DNA of 64,000 nucleotides, taken from the sequence record NZ_OX291475.1; one strand, given 5' to 3'. This document shows, in pieces, positions 49,157-60,019 of this stretch. The translations under genes were made by a program, and so were the position numbers. The DNA is from a plasmid. A model generated the notes under the pieces. That model did no database searches. It was not told the DNA's origin and saw only the letters and a program-made list of their open reading frames with translations. Each line of letters opens with the position of its first letter. Within the stretch, counting starts at the first letter, position 1.

Positions 49157-49831
49157 CTAAAGAAAGATAAATCCCTTCGTAGTAAGCAATGGCCGGGTTC
49201 CTAAAGGTACCGTGAGGTTATATTTTCCAATATTATTTTCCTCATCGTAAGTATCGCCTAATCCTAAAATAACTTCCCTGTTACATAACTCAGGAATATC
49301 ACGACAAAGACTGGCGATAATATTGGTTAAATTATAAATAGATGTATATAAATCAAATCCTCCTGAATATAATTCACCCTTATGCAGGATTTGAGGATCA
49401 TTCGCGAACCCGTCTAAATTATCAAAAACAAAACTCAAGTCTTGGCAATATGTAATCAGTGAATTTTTTTCTTCTAACTTCCAGGGTTGTGATTTTCCAG
49501 ACATAAAAGCACGCAAAGCCTTCGCAACTATATGGATAGGGATAATTATCATTTCATTATGACTAAGTAACATATTTTCATGATTAAAGACAACACGGAT
49601 CTCATCAATATCACCTTGGTGATGATAATAGTTTCTTAAATGCTTGAGGATTTTGAACTCAGGATAACTCATTAAGTCAGTATCAAAATCTTGCTTCAAC
49701 CTGTCATTTAAAGAATGCAAACTATTTAAAAACGTATAAAGTGTTCTACCATTTCTTTTATGGGCACAAGTCACATCCATTAGCTCGAAGCTGCTTTCAA
49801 AAAATCTGTCAATGTACTTTAAATTATCCAT
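49157..49831 (-). CDS. Putative HEPN-domain protein (224 aa)
   Basis: Motif LRNYYHH (RN-x3-H). RBS GAGAG. Very AT-rich. Confidence 0.45.
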   Translation of the reverse strand: MDNLKYIDRFFESSFELMDVTCAHKRNGRTLYTFLNSLHSLNDRLKQDFDTDLMSYPEFKILKHLRNYYHHQGDIDEIRVVFNHENMLLSHNEMIIIPIHIVAKALRAFMSGKSQPWKLEEKNSLITYCQDLSFVFDNLDGFANDPQILHKGELYSGGFDLYTSIYNLTNIIASLCRDIPELCNREVILGLGDTYDEENNIGKYNLTVPLGTRPLLTTKGFIFL

Positions 49832-50178
49832 CTTCTCTCTCTGCTCTGGTTCGGACAGTTAACCGTCTACGTATCGCTTTCAGGCCATTGATGTTGCATC
49901 GGGTCACCTCACATTATCAGGGGCTGATAATATCTACTTATTGATATTTTGCAGCCATAGCAAGAGGATTACCAGGCTAATCGGTAAAAGAGGTGATTAC
50001 CTAATCAAGATACGAAACTTCTAACAAAATTCACAGAACCGCTCGGCGAGGTATGGAACACGCCGGGCGTCCAGGTTCATACGCGATTCGAAACATGCGC
50101 TGTGAAGGGAAACTGGCCGCTCCCCGAGAGGGATATAGCTGACCGATGCTTCCGATGAAAAGGTAGGTCACCGAGGGT

Positions 50179-50916
50179 TCATTGTAAGGGGCGGTGTTTA
50201 TTCTTATGATATTCCTGCACGGTGGAATTTATCGCTTCCACATATCGCGAGATTTCATCCACAGCGAAATTCAGGAAATTATTCTTGAGCAGGACTGTAT
50301 TGAAGCAAGTGACCGAAATTGCCTCGCTTGCCTTGCTAATAGCGCGCAACTGTCTTTTCTCGCTGTCTTTTTTTGCACGTGTCATTTTCAGCAGCTGATG
50401 ATACTCGTGAGCAACACCGTCGGCATGTGCCATTATATTCCTGATGATAGTCAGGTGATCAACATCGGCAATATCCTTCTTTCCGTAGATGGTGGTCAGC
50501 ATGTCGTGGGTTTTTTCAATCATTCCCCCCTTGAGTATTTCCGTATGCCCAGAAAGGCGAATCATCAATTCCAGGCAATTACTCATACGTTGCTCGAACA
50601 GGCCAAATATTGTCAAAAATGCAGAGCGCCGTGTCAGTTGGGTAATTAAATTAACGTACTGTAATTTGACTTCCTCGACATCGTTACCTACACACGACCC
50701 GCAGGAGTAATAGGTATACCATACCTGTCTGTAAGATCCATCCTCATTCTCCAGGTAGTCCTCAATTATATCTTCCGTGATAAAATCAGGCTCATCCACT
50801 GCTTTAACTTCGCGAATGATATTAGCTTCAGCCTGTTGAGCAAGCATCTTCATGACAGAAATTGACGAAGACGCTTCCCATAAAGGAACACTAAACAGAC
50901 ACTCTAGTTTTGCCAC
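50179..50916 (-). CDS. Putative HEPN-domain protein (245 aa)
   Basis: Motif IIRNIMAHADG (RN-x3-H). GTG start with RBS AGGAT. AT-rich. Confidence 0.45.
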   Translation of the reverse strand: MAKLECLFSVPLWEASSSISVMKMLAQQAEANIIREVKAVDEPDFITEDIIEDYLENEDGSYRQVWYTYYSCGSCVGNDVEEVKLQYVNLITQLTRRSAFLTIFGLFEQRMSNCLELMIRLSGHTEILKGGMIEKTHDMLTTIYGKKDIADVDHLTIIRNIMAHADGVAHEYHQLLKMTRAKKDSEKRQLRAISKASEAISVTCFNTVLLKNNFLNFAVDEISRYVEAINSTVQEYHKNKHRPLQ

Positions 50917-51039
50917 GACATCATCCTAATTTTCAAAAATTAAACTGCTCAACAGTATGACGGCTTGTGCTTGTTTCATCCTGCTCTGGATGGGCGTCTT
51001 TACCCTCACTGCCCATTCAGAGCAAAAGCTGATTTACTA

Positions 51040-52110
51040 TCAGGCCTTTTTAACAGCAGTGGCTATTGGCTGACCACCTTGTTGCGTACTCTGCTCCGGC
51101 TCAAATGTAACCCTGTCATGCACCGCATAAGCGTTCATGCCCCCCACAAAGGCACCGGCAAAGGCAGTAAAGGTCTTTTTGTCCTTTTCGCTTTGAATCA
51201 TCACTATCTGGCTTGCCACGTTAATATTAACAACAACGCCAGTATGACGGGTTTCCAGCAGTGTATTTCCCAGCCACTGTTCACCACTAATAATGTCAAG
51301 TTCGGAAAGGCCGGCTGGCAGTCTCTTGTTTTTCCACAACGAGTGCGGACTGCATAGCTCGTTTACATTTTGGGTGTTTTCAATAATGCTCAACAATTTT
51401 AGATTAGACGGGTTGATCCATCGAATCACCTCGATACAGCGATGATATTCACGGGCAACTTTATTAATGGCCTGTTCGACAGAGTAGGTTTTATCAGAAC
51501 GCCATAATGGCTCGTGATGGGATATTCTGTTACGTAACGTATTTATATCCCGGAGATCTGCACCAATTCTGTTTATTGATAATGCTTTGCCATTTTTATT
51601 GGCATGGGGAAAAACGCGTGAAGTCAAGTCCGGCCATAAAGAAAGATAGTTGCAATAATTGGCATGAGTACGATCATATTTCTTGTCGACCAATGACACC
51701 CAAAATCCGAGTGTTAACTTTGAGATGAGATTTTCTGTTGTGTGCGGCTTTCCATCTTTATTAAGTTGACCTTTTGCCGCCGCGATAGCTTTAAACGATG
51801 TATTGTTGTTTGCCTGCGTCATTACAGTTACAAACCACTTATCATCGATATTCCCTTTCTTCTGCGCCCAGGTTGGTTGAGGATGGAGCCGTTTTATTTC
51901 ATCTTCTTCGAAAGCCTGTTTGGCCCCGCAAATGGCATTCCTTAATGAGACCTCGATCACCTGCAGTGCGGGAAGGAATGCGCCGGCGAGCTGTTTATTC
52001 CATAGATAAATGCCCAGGCACTCTTCTGGTGTGGCGCCGTTGAAAACGGAAGATTGGTAGGTTGCAAATCGGTGCTGTGATATAGAGCTTAAAATAGCCG
52101 CAATCGTCAT
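51040..52110 (-). CDS. Abi_2-family (AbiD/AbiF-like) abortive-infection protein with a C-terminal extension
   Basis: Conserved blocks LTLGFWVSL and LRNRISHHEPLW. Length 356 aa. RBS AAGGAG. Confidence 0.65.
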   Translation of the reverse strand: MTIAAILSSISQHRFATYQSSVFNGATPEECLGIYLWNKQLAGAFLPALQVIEVSLRNAICGAKQAFEEDEIKRLHPQPTWAQKKGNIDDKWFVTVMTQANNNTSFKAIAAAKGQLNKDGKPHTTENLISKLTLGFWVSLVDKKYDRTHANYCNYLSLWPDLTSRVFPHANKNGKALSINRIGADLRDINTLRNRISHHEPLWRSDKTYSVEQAINKVAREYHRCIEVIRWINPSNLKLLSIIENTQNVNELCSPHSLWKNKRLPAGLSELDIISGEQWLGNTLLETRHTGVVVNINVASQIVMIQSEKDKKTFTAFAGAFVGGMNAYAVHDRVTFEPEQSTQQGGQPIATAVKKA

Positions 52111-52493
52111 AATATCTCCTTGATGTCCGATGAGTATATCAAAGCGCTTGACGTGAGCAAAAATTTGAAGGATGATGTGCCCCAGAGACAGGATCTCTAA
52201 CTGTGTGAGCGACTATGCCGGTGATAAATCACCCGCTAGGTTGCGAAATTTTCAAAGAAGGCTTCCTCCGGGGAGCCTTTTTTGATTGTGTCGATCAATG
52301 CACTAGCCAGCATTCTCCACTCACCTTCACCATATTCATCCGTATTTCAATCAAGCCCGTCACTCAGCCTACAAGTTCCGAAGAATTAGTTTGCCTAGAC
52401 ACGCCTGTGAATAACGCTTTGTTCGAAATCCCGCACCACCACTGAAGCTATAGCTATACTTTGGCCATGTCGACACAAAAGGATCACCTGCCT

Positions 52494-53180
52494 ATGTGTG
52501 GCCGTTTTGCCCAGTTCCATAGCCGAGAGGAATTTATCACCGCCCTGCGATCCGAAACGCCAATGATCACCACCGGTGACTGGCATGCACGGTATAACGT
52601 TGCCCCTGGCACGCCGGTACCGCTGTTCCATCATCATGATGATCAGCTGCAGCTAACACCGGTTGACTGGGGCTATGCGCCGATATGGTGGCGAGAGCAG
52701 GGAAAACCGCCACTCATCAACGCCCGCGTCGAAACCGCCGCAAGCAGCCGGATGTTCACGCCGCTCTGGAAACATGGCCGTGCGTTGGTACCGGCATCAG
52801 GTTGGTACGAATGGAAAAAGTCCCCGGACAATCCGAAACTGAAGCAACCGTATTTCATCTATCCCGCCGATCGCAGCCCGCTGTTCTTCGCCGCGTTGTG
52901 CTCCACTGATCCGGAAGAAGCTGGCAGCTTCGTCATCATCACGGCCGCCAGTCATGACGGTCTGGCGGATATTCATGATCGGCGCCCACTGGCGCTGCCG
53001 GCAGCCGCCGCACGCGACTGGCTCGATAGCCGGTTGACCCCGCCGCCAGGCGACATGTTGGCCGACGTTTATAGCCTGCAGGCGGATGATTTCAACTGGC
53101 AACCGGTCTCGCCGGCGGTAGGTGCCGTTCGCAATGACAATCCCTCACTCATCCTTGCCATCGATACACCAACGGTCTGA
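52494..53180 (+). CDS. yedK: SOS-response-associated peptidase (SRAP/YedK family, abasic-site processing)
   Basis: The N-terminal MCGRFAQ catalytic Cys2 motif and the WYEW motif are present. Confidence 0.75.
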   Translation: MCGRFAQFHSREEFITALRSETPMITTGDWHARYNVAPGTPVPLFHHHDDQLQLTPVDWGYAPIWWREQGKPPLINARVETAASSRMFTPLWKHGRALVPASGWYEWKKSPDNPKLKQPYFIYPADRSPLFFAALCSTDPEEAGSFVIITAASHDGLADIHDRRPLALPAAAARDWLDSRLTPPPGDMLADVYSLQADDFNWQPVSPAVGAVRNDNPSLILAIDTPTV

Positions 53181-53344
53181 GCAGCGCGTTATCCACAGTT
53201 TTGGTGGATATCATGTGTGCAAACACACATGAAAGACGCCAAAAGCTGCAGAGAAAATCACTCGGAAAATTATTATATTACGTCGGATCGCGCTACGCGA
53301 CCCGGTTTCAGGCTTGCGTGTATGCACGTTTCGTTTATGATTTA

Positions 53345-53360
53345 CTGTATATATATACAG
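53345..53360. promoter_or_regulatory. LexA box (SOS operator) of umuDC
   Basis: CTGTATATATATACAG matches CTGT-N8-ACAG exactly and lies 17 nt upstream of the umuD start. Confidence 0.8.
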
Positions 53361-53376
53361 ATAAATTATACTTATT

Positions 53377-53793
53377 ATGAACACTAGAGAATTGTACTTT
53401 TTTTCACCAGGTCAGCCGGTAAAACTCCCACTCTACGGGACACCATGTCCGGCAGGCTTCCCCAGCCCTGCCGACGATTACATTGAACAATCCATTGATT
53501 TAAATGATTTTATCCGACATCCGGCCGCCACGTATTTTATCCGCGCATCGGGAGAGTCAATGAGTGAGGGCGGCATACTGTCAGGAGATTTGCTGATTGT
53601 CGATCGGGCTGAAAAACCCGTGCATGGTAGCATCGTGATCGCCGCGGTCGACGGCGAGTTTACTGTCAAGCGGCTGCTGCTGACACCCAGGGTTTGTCTG
53701 GCGCCGATGAATCCTGCCTACAGTCCTATTTATCCCGAAACGCTGGAAATTTTCGGGGTGGTGATCCACGCCCTGCACTCATTTGGAAGGTGA
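53377..53793 (+). CDS. umuD: UmuD, error-prone polymerase V subunit (LexA-like S24 peptidase)
   Basis: The protein has the catalytic Ser ([11 protein letters not shown]24 signature GxSM) and Lys (VKRL). Confidence 0.85.
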   Translation: MNTRELYFFSPGQPVKLPLYGTPCPAGFPSPADDYIEQSIDLNDFIRHPAATYFIRASGESMSEGGILSGDLLIVDRAEKPVHGSIVIAAVDGEFTVKRLLLTPRVCLAPMNPAYSPIYPETLEIFGVVIHALHSFGR

Positions 53794-53795
53794 TC

Positions 53796-54767
53796 ATGTT
53801 TATGCTGGCTGACGTCAATTCGATGTACTGTGCCTGCGAACAGGTCTTCCGGCCGGATCTGAAAGGCCGTCCGGTGGCCGTGCTTTCGAATAACGACGGT
53901 GCCCTGGTGGCGATCAACCGGGAGGGAAAACAACTCGGTCTTAAACGCGGCATGCCATTTTTTCAGGCCAAAGAAATCATTAAAAATCAAAATGTCACTG
54001 TTTTCTCTAGCAATTATTCTTTGTACGGCGACATGTCGGCGCGCTGCATGACGATTTTAGAATCTCTCGCGCCGGCGATTACGATCTACAGCATCGACGA
54101 GGCATTCCTTCACGTTGCCGGCATCGATGCCACAGAGTCATTCGAAGACTATGGCCGGCGCGTTCGCGATACCGTTTTACAGCAGACGGGACTCACCTGC
54201 GGGATCGGTGTCGCCCAGACGATGACGCTTGCCAAACTCGCGAATCACGCTGCGAAAACCTGGCCGGCCACCGGTGGGGTTGTCGATCTGACGAACCGCG
54301 ATCGACAACGCAAATTGATGGGGCTGCTGCCAGTCAACGAAGTTTGGGGATGTGGGCGCCAGTTGACTAAAAAGCTGGCTGCGATGGGGATCACCACAGC
54401 ACTGCAGCTGGCCGACAGCAACCAGGCGTTGATCCGCAGGACGTTCGGGGTTGTGCTCGAGCGCACCGTGCGTGAACTGAACGGTGTGCCATGTATCTCA
54501 ATCGATGCGCTGCCGGCAAAGCAGCAGATCATCGTCAGCCGGTCATTTGGCCAGCGCGTTACGCAGCTGCAGGACATGCGCCAGGCGGTGTGCCAGTACG
54601 CCGAGCGGGCCGCCGAAAAACTTCGCCGAGAGAAGCAATATTGCCGGCACATTTCGGTGTTCGCGCGAACCAGCCCATTTTCGCCTCATGATCCCTATTA
54701 CGCGAACAGCAACAGCGTGCGGCTCATGCTGGGGTCAGTTTGGATATCGAAAATTATTGTACTATAA
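53796..54767 (+). pseudogene. umuC: umuC truncated after about codon 314 by a transposon insertion
   Basis: It is collinear with E. coli UmuC (MFxLxDVN, SIDEAF, LAKLANHAAK) up to ...PYYANSNSVRL. It then reads into the Tn3-family IR ggggtcag and stops. About 100 codons are missing. Confidence 0.8.
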
Positions 54768-56117
54768 GGGCTTCCCCGGCATGTCAACGCCGGTGTTTAC
54801 GGTTTCTGTCTGCACTATAGTAAAAAAATAAAGGGGAGAGACTGCGGTACTATAAACGGTCATGATGAATCGTCATCGATTCGGACCCTGATGAAAGACG
54901 CTCGTGAGGCTCTAGTTCGTTAGTCGGGTACACTTGCCCTGTACAATAAGCAGATATACCTCACGGGGTCTAACCCTTTATCATCAACGAGTTGCAGAAC
55001 AGATGGTCATACAGCTTTGTACTTTAGCTGGCTGAGTACAACCTGAAATCATCACCGTAATGCAATGATGCCCAGCACAGTCTTGCATTTTTGGCAGCGA
55101 TGGCAACAACAGCGCGCCAGTATCCTCTGCGTTCGACCAGTGAGCAGACCCAACGACTGAATAAATCAGTCCTTTTCTCCGCCCCGATCAGTACCGAGCG
55201 GGCACCCTGAACCAGAAGTGTTCTCAGATACGAATCGCCAGCTTTCGTTATCCTGCCAAGCTTCGACTTTCCGCCGCTGCTGTACTGCGATGGTGTCAGT
55301 CCCAGCCAGGCTGCCAGCTGGCGCCCATTCTTAAAATCATGTGCATTACCGATACTGGCGACCAGCGCACAGGCCGTTGTGGGGCCAACGCCCTTCAATT
55401 CCATCAGCCGCTGACTGCGATGATCTGTTTTGGCCATGCGGGACAAAATTCGGTCATATTCAGCGATGTTATCTTCAATGCGAGCAACGTGCTCCAGCAA
55501 ATCATCAACACATTGCTGAACCTGAAGTGGTAAAGAATTCTTCTGCTCAAAAACTATGTGGCGCAGGGCATCTGTACTTTGTGGGGCGATAACGCCGAAT
55601 TCAGATATCAACCCCCGGAGACGATTATATGTTGCTGTTTTCTCTTCGATAAAACCCTGTCGGGTACGATGCAGACACTGCATTGCCTGCTGGCTCTCAT
55701 CCTTAACCGGCACAAACCGCATATGTGGGCGACGAACCGCCTCGCAGATAGCCTGAGCATCAGCTGCATCATTTTTCCCTGATTTACCAGCCATGCGGTA
55801 AGGCGATACAAATTTAGCGGCCATCAGACGCGGCTCATGACCATACTGCCGAAACAGTCTTGCCCAGTAATGAGCCCCGGAGCACGCCTCCATCCCGATA
55901 ACACAGGGCGGCAAACCAGCAATCAGCCCGGGAAGAGCTGCGCGGGTTACTCTGGATTTAACCAGAACGGTTTTGCCATTCTGGTCAACGCAATGAACAG
56001 CGAACACATTTTTAGCAAGATCGATACCGACAGTAGTAATGGTCATAACGAATCCCTCCGGGGTTGTGTTTACCCCATGATTGCACAAGAGTTAATCAGG
56101 CACATAATCAGGGGAAG
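54760..56117 (-). mobile_element. IS110-family (IS1111/IS4321-like) insertion sequence IS-A; boundaries approximate
   Basis: The ~1.35-kb segment carries a DEDD-type transposase between the two halves of the Tn-1 IR. Its transposase is related to that of IS-B. Confidence 0.5.
55024..56046 (-). CDS. IS110-family transposase (340 aa)
   Basis: Blocks VGIDLAK, MEACSGAHYWAR, ESQQAMQCLHR, GVGPTTA and the C-terminal LTPSQYSSGGK..LLVQGAR. Confidence 0.8.
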   Translation of the reverse strand: MTITTVGIDLAKNVFAVHCVDQNGKTVLVKSRVTRAALPGLIAGLPPCVIGMEACSGAHYWARLFRQYGHEPRLMAAKFVSPYRMAGKSGKNDAADAQAICEAVRRPHMRFVPVKDESQQAMQCLHRTRQGFIEEKTATYNRLRGLISEFGVIAPQSTDALRHIVFEQKNSLPLQVQQCVDDLLEHVARIEDNIAEYDRILSRMAKTDHRSQRLMELKGVGPTTACALVASIGNAHDFKNGRQLAAWLGLTPSQYSSGGKSKLGRITKAGDSYLRTLLVQGARSVLIGAEKRTDLFSRWVCSLVERRGYWRAVVAIAAKNARLCWASLHYGDDFRLYSAS

Positions 56118-58646
56118 TCCCTTCCATTCGTTAAGGTTATTTTTTGACCTGCCTAATTTAGCTGGCCTCAGCCGACGAAACTTACCGGCTGACGGTATCC
56201 GGTTGCTTTTCCATATATAATCGCCTGTCAGATTGATGTGTTCCCAGCCTAGCGGGGACAAATGCGACAGCAGTTGCTCGTTGATCTTCACTCCCTTACG
56301 CTTCAGAGCATCGACAGCTCTTTCCATATAGACGGTATTCCACAGGGATATGGCAGCTGTCAGGAGCGTCAGTCCACTGGCGCGATAGCTCTGATTTTCC
56401 GGTTTTCGGTCCCTGATTTCTCCCAGCCGGTGCATAAATACCGCTCGCGCCAGCGCGTTACGGGCTTCACCTTTATTCAGCCCCGCCTGTACCCGCCGAC
56501 GCAGTGCAGGATCGCGGAACCAGTCGAGCATAAACAGAGTTCGTTCAATACGGCCAATTTCTCTCAGTGCTTTGGCCAGCCCGTTTTGCTTGGGGTAGCT
56601 GGCAAGCTTTTTCAGCATCAGGGATGCCGTCACGGTTCCCTGCTTTATCGAGGTTGCCAGACGCAGCACTTCACGCCAGTGAATTTCGATCTCTTTCAGA
56701 TTCAGGCTGGTTGTTGATATCAGTGACTGAAGCGCCGGGTACTGGCCTGCTTTCCCTTTGATAAATAGCTTCTTGTCGTGGAGATCCCTGATTCGCGGAC
56801 AGAACGCAAATCCCAGCAGATGCATCAGGGCAAAGACATGATCGGTGAAACCCGCTGTATCGGTGTAATGCTCCCTGATTTCCAGGTCGCTTTCGTGGTA
56901 CAGCAAGCCATCGAGCACATGGGTTGAATCTCTGACCCGACTGATTATGCAGGTGTAAAACGGGCTGTATTGATCCGAAATATGGGTATAAAACTGACGT
57001 CCGGGCTCCTGCCCGTATTTCGGGTTAACCTGCCCTGCGTAGCGGCCTGATCTGCCTGTTCTGAAATTCTGTCCATCTGATGATGATGTTGTCCCGTCTC
57101 CCCAGAATGCCGCCAGCGGCCTTTTCCCCTGCGCGTTTACCAGCTCTGCAAGGGCTGCTGAATAGGTTTCGTCGCGGATGTACCATGCCTGAATATCTTC
57201 GAGTGATGATTTGGTGCTACCGGGGCAGGCTTCCGCCATTTTGGTCAGGCCAAGATTGATGCCATCCGCAAGAATGGTGGTGAGAAGCAGGCGGATATCG
57301 GGACGGGTAATGTCAGTTTTTATATGCGAAAAATGTCGGGTAAACGTCGTCCAGCTGTTTACCTCATCGAGAATTTCCGTGATTTTAGGGCGCGGTAGCA
57401 TGCTGTAAACCAGCTCTGCCAGCGGTGAAACCTGCACCGGAACGCTGTTATCCAGCGGAGAGACTTTTACGCCCCTGTAAGATATTTCCACATCGGGCAG
57501 TTCACCAAGGGCAGCCATGGCATTGACCTCTTCAAGCCTGGACTGAAGCAGGGTCATACGGCTGGTAATGTACTCATGATAATCAGCAGATACGGGAAGT
57601 GGCAGCGCCGGTGTGAGTTTGTCAAAGTCCTTTTCGGGAATGAGGTAATCATCAAAATTTTTGTAGCGGCGTGAGCCTTTAACCCAGATGTCCCCGGAAC
57701 GCAACGCCCCCTTAAGCTCGCTGAGCGCACAAAATTCATAGTACTGCCGGTCAATACCCGCAGGTGTAATTACCACCTTGCGCCAACTTTCTGGGACAAA
57801 CTCAAGCGGCGCGGTGGCCGGAACTTTACGTGACTGCTTCCGGTACATATCCTTGATCACAACCAGCGCATCAGCCAGAGGTTGCGCTGCCGGAGTTGCG
57901 ATTAACTGTAAAGCTGACAACATGCGCGGGGCATATTTCCGTAATGTGCTGTATTTCTCGGTAATAATATGCAGCGGGTCAAAATTATTTTTTCTGGCGA
58001 GATGGCGTGTTTCCTCCAGACTGGCGACAAATTCAGGCCATGGGAGTATGTTTTCTATTGCGAGCCATGGATCTCCCCCGGAATCACGGGCATCAGACAG
58101 CGCCTGACCGACATTGATGTACTGCCTCAGTTTTGACTGGATCAGCTTTCCGGTCTGCTGAAGGCGCTCAGCCTGTGTTCTTTTGGCTTTGCTGAAAAGG
58201 CTGTTCAGCATTCGCTCATGCAACTCAATCACTTCGTCTGTCAGTGTGGCTCTGGCTTCTTCCAGCACGCACACCAGGATCGCATGACGCCGGGCTGCTG
58301 AAAATCGGGTCAAATCCCGGCTGCTCATCTTTCGGCCTTCCCGCGCCAGTTTCAGCAACCGGTTCTGGTGAATGGTACGATCTATACCTTCCGGTAATGC
58401 CAGCGATTCAATGCTACTGAGCCGATCAAGGTGTTGCAGCACGTTCTTACCATTGATTTTACCCGGAGGTTGCAGAAGCCATGTCAGCCTGGAAGACTGA
58501 TTATCCGATGACTCAAGTAAACAATCCAGAGCATCCCTGTGAGCCGGAGTTAACGGGGCATTCAGGGTCTGAAACACGATTTTATCGCCGCCTGCCATGG
58601 CCTCAGCACAGGAACGCTCCACGACATCAATCGAGGGGATTATCAC
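56070..58646 (-). pseudogene. tnpA: Tn3-family TnpA, 5'-truncated (858 aa, starting near residue ~130 of a Tn21-like TnpA)
   Basis: It is collinear with Tn21-type TnpA over the whole length. The upstream boundary abuts the IR of the next transposon. The 3' end reads into IS-A. Confidence 0.7.
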
Positions 58647-58678
58647 GTTGTTCTGCCGGAGCCAGACCAGTAGGGGTC

Positions 58679-58700
58679 GTCTCAGAAAACGGAATCTATG
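58679..58700. repeat. Outer 22 bp of a Tn21-type 38-bp terminal IR
   Basis: GGGGTCGTCTCAGAAAACGGAA. Confidence 0.75.
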
Positions 58701-60019
58701 GTCACTCCCGTTTTTGCAACACCGATTTTGACGACAAGTTGGCTTGCTTGAATCTATCCGGCGTCTGAATGGGATTTTATTCCCGCGCCTTGATGAGTTC
58801 CGCGCCTGATGAACCTCCAGAAAATATACGGCTTCAATGAGCCTTTCCGTTTTACAGGTTCCTCAACAGGCCGGTGGGCCGTTAGTATCATCAATATCAG
58901 TATTCGCAAAACCAGATCAGTAATTCTTTAAACCGGTGTATTTCTGCCGTTATGCTACATAAGTTTGCTGTCGTGCCGTTAGGGCCCAGGCTATTCTGGC
59001 CAGCTTGTTTGCCAGAGCACAAGTGACGACAAAGTTGCTTTTCCGGCACAGTAAATCCCTGACCCAATCGGCCAATTTGCCAGACTGGTGTTCCAGTTTT
59101 TGTATGAATACCCTGGCACATTGAACCAACAAAGTTCGGATCTTTTTATTACCTCGCTTACTAATTCCCAGCAATGTCGTCCTACCTCCCGTGCTGTACT
59201 GCCGAGGTACAAGCCCTGTTGCCGCCGCAAAGTCACGGCTGCTGGCGTACTGCTTCCCGTCGCCAATCTCAGTTGAAATAGTACTCGCTGTCAGTGTTCC
59301 GACGCAGGGAATGCTCAGCAAGCGCTGTCCAACCTCATCTTCGTCCAACTTTCGTTTCAACTGGGATTCCAAATCTTTAATCTGCTCAACAAGATAGTGA
59401 TAATGCTGTTGTAATTTCAGCAATAACTGGCTGAGGTAAAGAGGCAAACTATTATCCTCAAGAATGGTACTCAGTCGGCTAATAACGGCAGCTCCTCGGG
59501 GAACGCTAATGCCAAATTCCAGCAGAAAAGCATGCATTTGATTGGTTGTTTTTACCTTATCCTGAACCAGGGATTCACGGACACGATGCAGAGCCCGCAT
59601 TGCCTGCTGAGATTCCGTTCTGGGCTGCACAAAACGCATAGACGGACGCGATGCAGCTTCACAAATAGCTTCGGCGTCGACAAAGTCGTTTTTATTGCTT
59701 TTAACGAACGGGCGGACAAATTGTGGTGATATCAGCTTTGGGGAATGCCCCAACTCTTCCAACTTGCGTGCCATAAAGTGAGAACCGCCACAGGCTTCCA
59801 TTGCGATGGTTGTAGCGGGGCATGTCGCCAAAAATTCGATCAACTTTGGCCGGGTAAATTTTTTACGGTAAACAGCCTTCCCGCGACGATCCTGGCAATG
59901 AATATGGAAAGAGTTTTTACCCAGATCGATACCAATGAGCGCAATGTTTTCCATGATAGTTCTCCGAATGAAAGCCTGTCCTCAGCATAGTACCGGGAAG
60001 GAGGGAGTGACCATCTCAT
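58701..60019 (-). mobile_element. IS4321/IS5075-like (IS1111 group) element IS-B inserted in the 38-bp IR
   Basis: The ~1.32-kb segment separates the IR halves GGGGTCGTCTCAGAAAACGGAA and AATAAAGCACGCTAAG. It encodes a 334-aa IS110-family transposase. There is no target duplication. Confidence 0.7.
58950..59954 (-). CDS. IS110/IS1111-family transposase (334 aa)
   Basis: Blocks IGIDLGK, MEACGGSHFMAR, ESQQAMRALHR and the C-terminal LVPRQYSTGGR..LLVQCAR. Confidence 0.85.
   Translation of the reverse strand: MENIALIGIDLGKNSFHIHCQDRRGKAVYRKKFTRPKLIEFLATCPATTIAMEACGGSHFMARKLEELGHSPKLISPQFVRPFVKSNKNDFVDAEAICEAASRPSMRFVQPRTESQQAMRALHRVRESLVQDKVKTTNQMHAFLLEFGISVPRGAAVISRLSTILEDNSLPLYLSQLLLKLQQHYHYLVEQIKDLESQLKRKLDEDEVGQRLLSIPCVGTLTASTISTEIGDGKQYASSRDFAAATGLVPRQYSTGGRTTLLGISKRGNKKIRTLLVQCARVFIQKLEHQSGKLADWVRDLLCRKSNFVVTCALANKLARIAWALTARQQTYVA

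Larger units (their letters stand above)
54738..58678. mobile_element. Remnant of a Tn3-family transposon (Tn-1): outer IR half, an IS1111-family insertion in its IR, and a 5'-truncated tnpA
   Basis: IR-like GGGGTCAGTTTGGATATCGAAA is at the umuC junction. An inner IR-like ..CCATTCGTTAAG is at 56118-56131. The tnpA on the - strand lacks about 130 N-terminal codons. Confidence 0.5.

Noticed and set aside
52258-52290. Hairpin-plus-T-run AAGGCTTCCTCCGGGGAGCCTTTTTT between the Abi_2-like gene and yedK.
   Set aside because: It looks like an intrinsic terminator on the + strand, but there is no upstream + strand gene for it to terminate. It is possibly a relic or an insulator, so it is not listed as a feature.
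54738-54775. 38-bp segment ggggtcag...actataag considered as an intact Tn3-family IR, with IS-A inserted just inside it rather than within it.
   Set aside because: The inner half ACTATAAG fits the family consensus ..ACGYTAAG less well than the ..CATTCGTTAAG found on the far side of IS-A. IS1111-group elements are known to split these IRs at the same position seen for IS-B. It remains an alternative, and the IS-A boundaries are approximate.
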